Position numbers and translations under genes: made by a program
In this document: piece by piece, positions 62,536-64,000 of the stretch
Layout: each line of letters opens with the position of its first letter
Numbering within the stretch: the first letter of the stretch is position 1
Notes under the pieces: model-generated
Databases searched by the model: none
What the model saw: the letters and a program-made list of their open reading frames with translations, nothing else
Told to the model about the DNA's origin: nothing
Assembly: GCA_950097015.1 (NCBI GenBank)
Contig: CATNEN010000012.1
Location: forward strand, 3,162,001-3,226,000
Reading direction: 5' to 3'
From: Macrostomum hystrix
Lineage: Eukaryota > Animalia > Platyhelminthes
DNA: 64,000 bases

Positions 62536-62871
62536 CAACAAATCGAAAAGTTTCCTCCGATGGACTTTATCCTACTTCGAGCAGCAGCATACTGTATCGT
62601 ACTGCTTTCCAGATATCTCAGAAGGGAAATGCTCCACTGTCCACAGAAGAGCTCGGTCATTCAGAGAAACGACAAAATCCGAGTTCTTATCTAGCCCTTT
62701 TACTGAGATCAGTCAGGCGCGAGAGTCGAATGAGGGGCGGAGAGATTTTCTGGTTGAGAAAATGCTTCAGCTGCCTTTGGCCAACCCGCAGGTCCCCTGC
62801 AGTCTCTCTGTCAGTCTCTCTTTTCGGAGAGTGCAAAGCTTAATCAGCCAAGGCCTTCTAACTACTTCGTT

Positions 62872-62968
62872 TTGCACCTGTGCCTGTGTGTGCTCGGGGG
62901 CCAGCGGAATGAGCAGAATTGCATCCTCGCTGGCTGCGGGTCTAGTGTCATCAAAGCATCAGTTTTGC
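62872..62968 (+). mobile_element. SINE family 2, diverged 3' fragment
   Basis: Invariant core at 62924-62945 with diverged flanks. Confidence 0.65.
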
Positions 62969-63566
62969 AAAAGAAGTTCAAGATAGAAGATTGAAGCGTG
63001 TAGAAGTTTTGGGAACCTGTCCGTATAGTTACTAAAGTGCTCGAATCGCCTGAGGGGTCATCAAGCTTCTAGAAGGCAGTTCAGGCTAGTTCGGACTCTG
63101 CCGGAATCTCTGCGAAATCTTATCAAAGAGTTGGCGCGGAGGGTTGGTTGGGAAGAAACCTTGGCTTATCGTCCGCTGAGCAGGCTGCTCTGAATCATTA
63201 CTCACTAATCTCTGTACCTGTTTCCCCTCCCAACAAAGGTCTCTCCGATATCTCGCCAACGTGAACCCAGTTTGAGTTCATCTCTTCATAGTTTAGTTAC
63301 TTGTATTTTTCTTTACTCGAACTGACCAAGCGGGAAGCGGAATGCCGGAGATTTCCTAGCAATAAAACTCGAGAGAACAAAATTTTGCCTCGCTCAAATT
63401 CAGCTAGGGGATGGCACACAGAAGCGGTCGTAAAAATGAGATTGAGTAGGTGAGGGTGACCTCAGATTGCTAAAACTGGAGAGTGAGCTCGAGGTCAAGT
63501 GTTCGGGAATCTCAAAACAACTGTTTTATAGGCCGCTTTGAAATCTTCTGGGATACGGTTGAATTG

Positions 63567-64000
63567 GACCTAGGATCTACCTAGGATCTATCTATAATAT
63601 ACCTAGGATCTACCTAGGATCTATCTATAATATACCTAGGATCTACCTAGGATCTATCTATAATATACCTAGGATCTACCTAGGATCTATCTATAATATA
63701 CCTAGGATCTACCTAGGATCTATCTATAATATACCTAGGATCTACCTAGGATCTATCTATAATATACCTAGGATCTATCTAGAATCTATCTATAATCTAC
63801 CTAGGATCTATCTATAATATACCTAGGATCTACCTAGGATCTATCTATAATATACCTAGGATCTACCTAGGATCTATCTAGAATCTATCTATAATCTACC
63901 TAGGATCTATCTATAATATACCTAGGATCTACCTAGGATCTATCTAGGATCTATCTATAATCTACCTAGGATCTATCTATAATCTACCTAGGATCTACCT
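63567..64000. repeat. 33-bp higher-order repeat built from three 11-mers (CTAGGATCTAC/CTAGGATCTAT/CTATAATATAC), runs off the window end
   Basis: Direct reading. Confidence 0.93.

Noticed and set aside
62540-62830. Possible TRIM B-box exon
   Set aside because: No Cys/His B-box pattern in any minus frame, and stops interrupt the frames.

Overview
Eukaryotic, intron-containing genomic DNA. The gene set, the intron sizes and the extreme minisatellite load are most consistent with a free-living flatworm such as Macrostomum (inference, not proven). Nine spliced protein-coding genes can be reconstructed by hand with in-phase splice junctions: a 2-exon rhodopsin-family peptide GPCR (+), NDUFB4 (-), two divergent DEG/ENaC channels (+ and -), an atypical myosin light chain/EF-hand protein (+), two tandem orphan type-I membrane proteins (-; one Lys/Glu/Asp-rich and missing from the ORF track, one with an FN2-like domain), lysosomal alpha-mannosidase (+, 6 exons, 1013 aa) and the 3' six exons of a TRIM9/67-like gene (-). 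Roughly 19 kb (about 30%) of the window is more than 20 unrelated minisatellite arrays, many sitting just inside introns. Dispersed repeats are two tRNA-derived SINE families, a MITE family and a nested palindromic hairpin element. The most intriguing items are a SINE family with an invariant 22-nt core overlapping a 14-nt match to the P3/L3 of the HDV ribozyme, the orphan membrane-protein pair, a predicted 32-nt intron, and a degenerate ENaC with an upstream RFX X-box. No CRISPR array, rRNA or intact tRNA was found.
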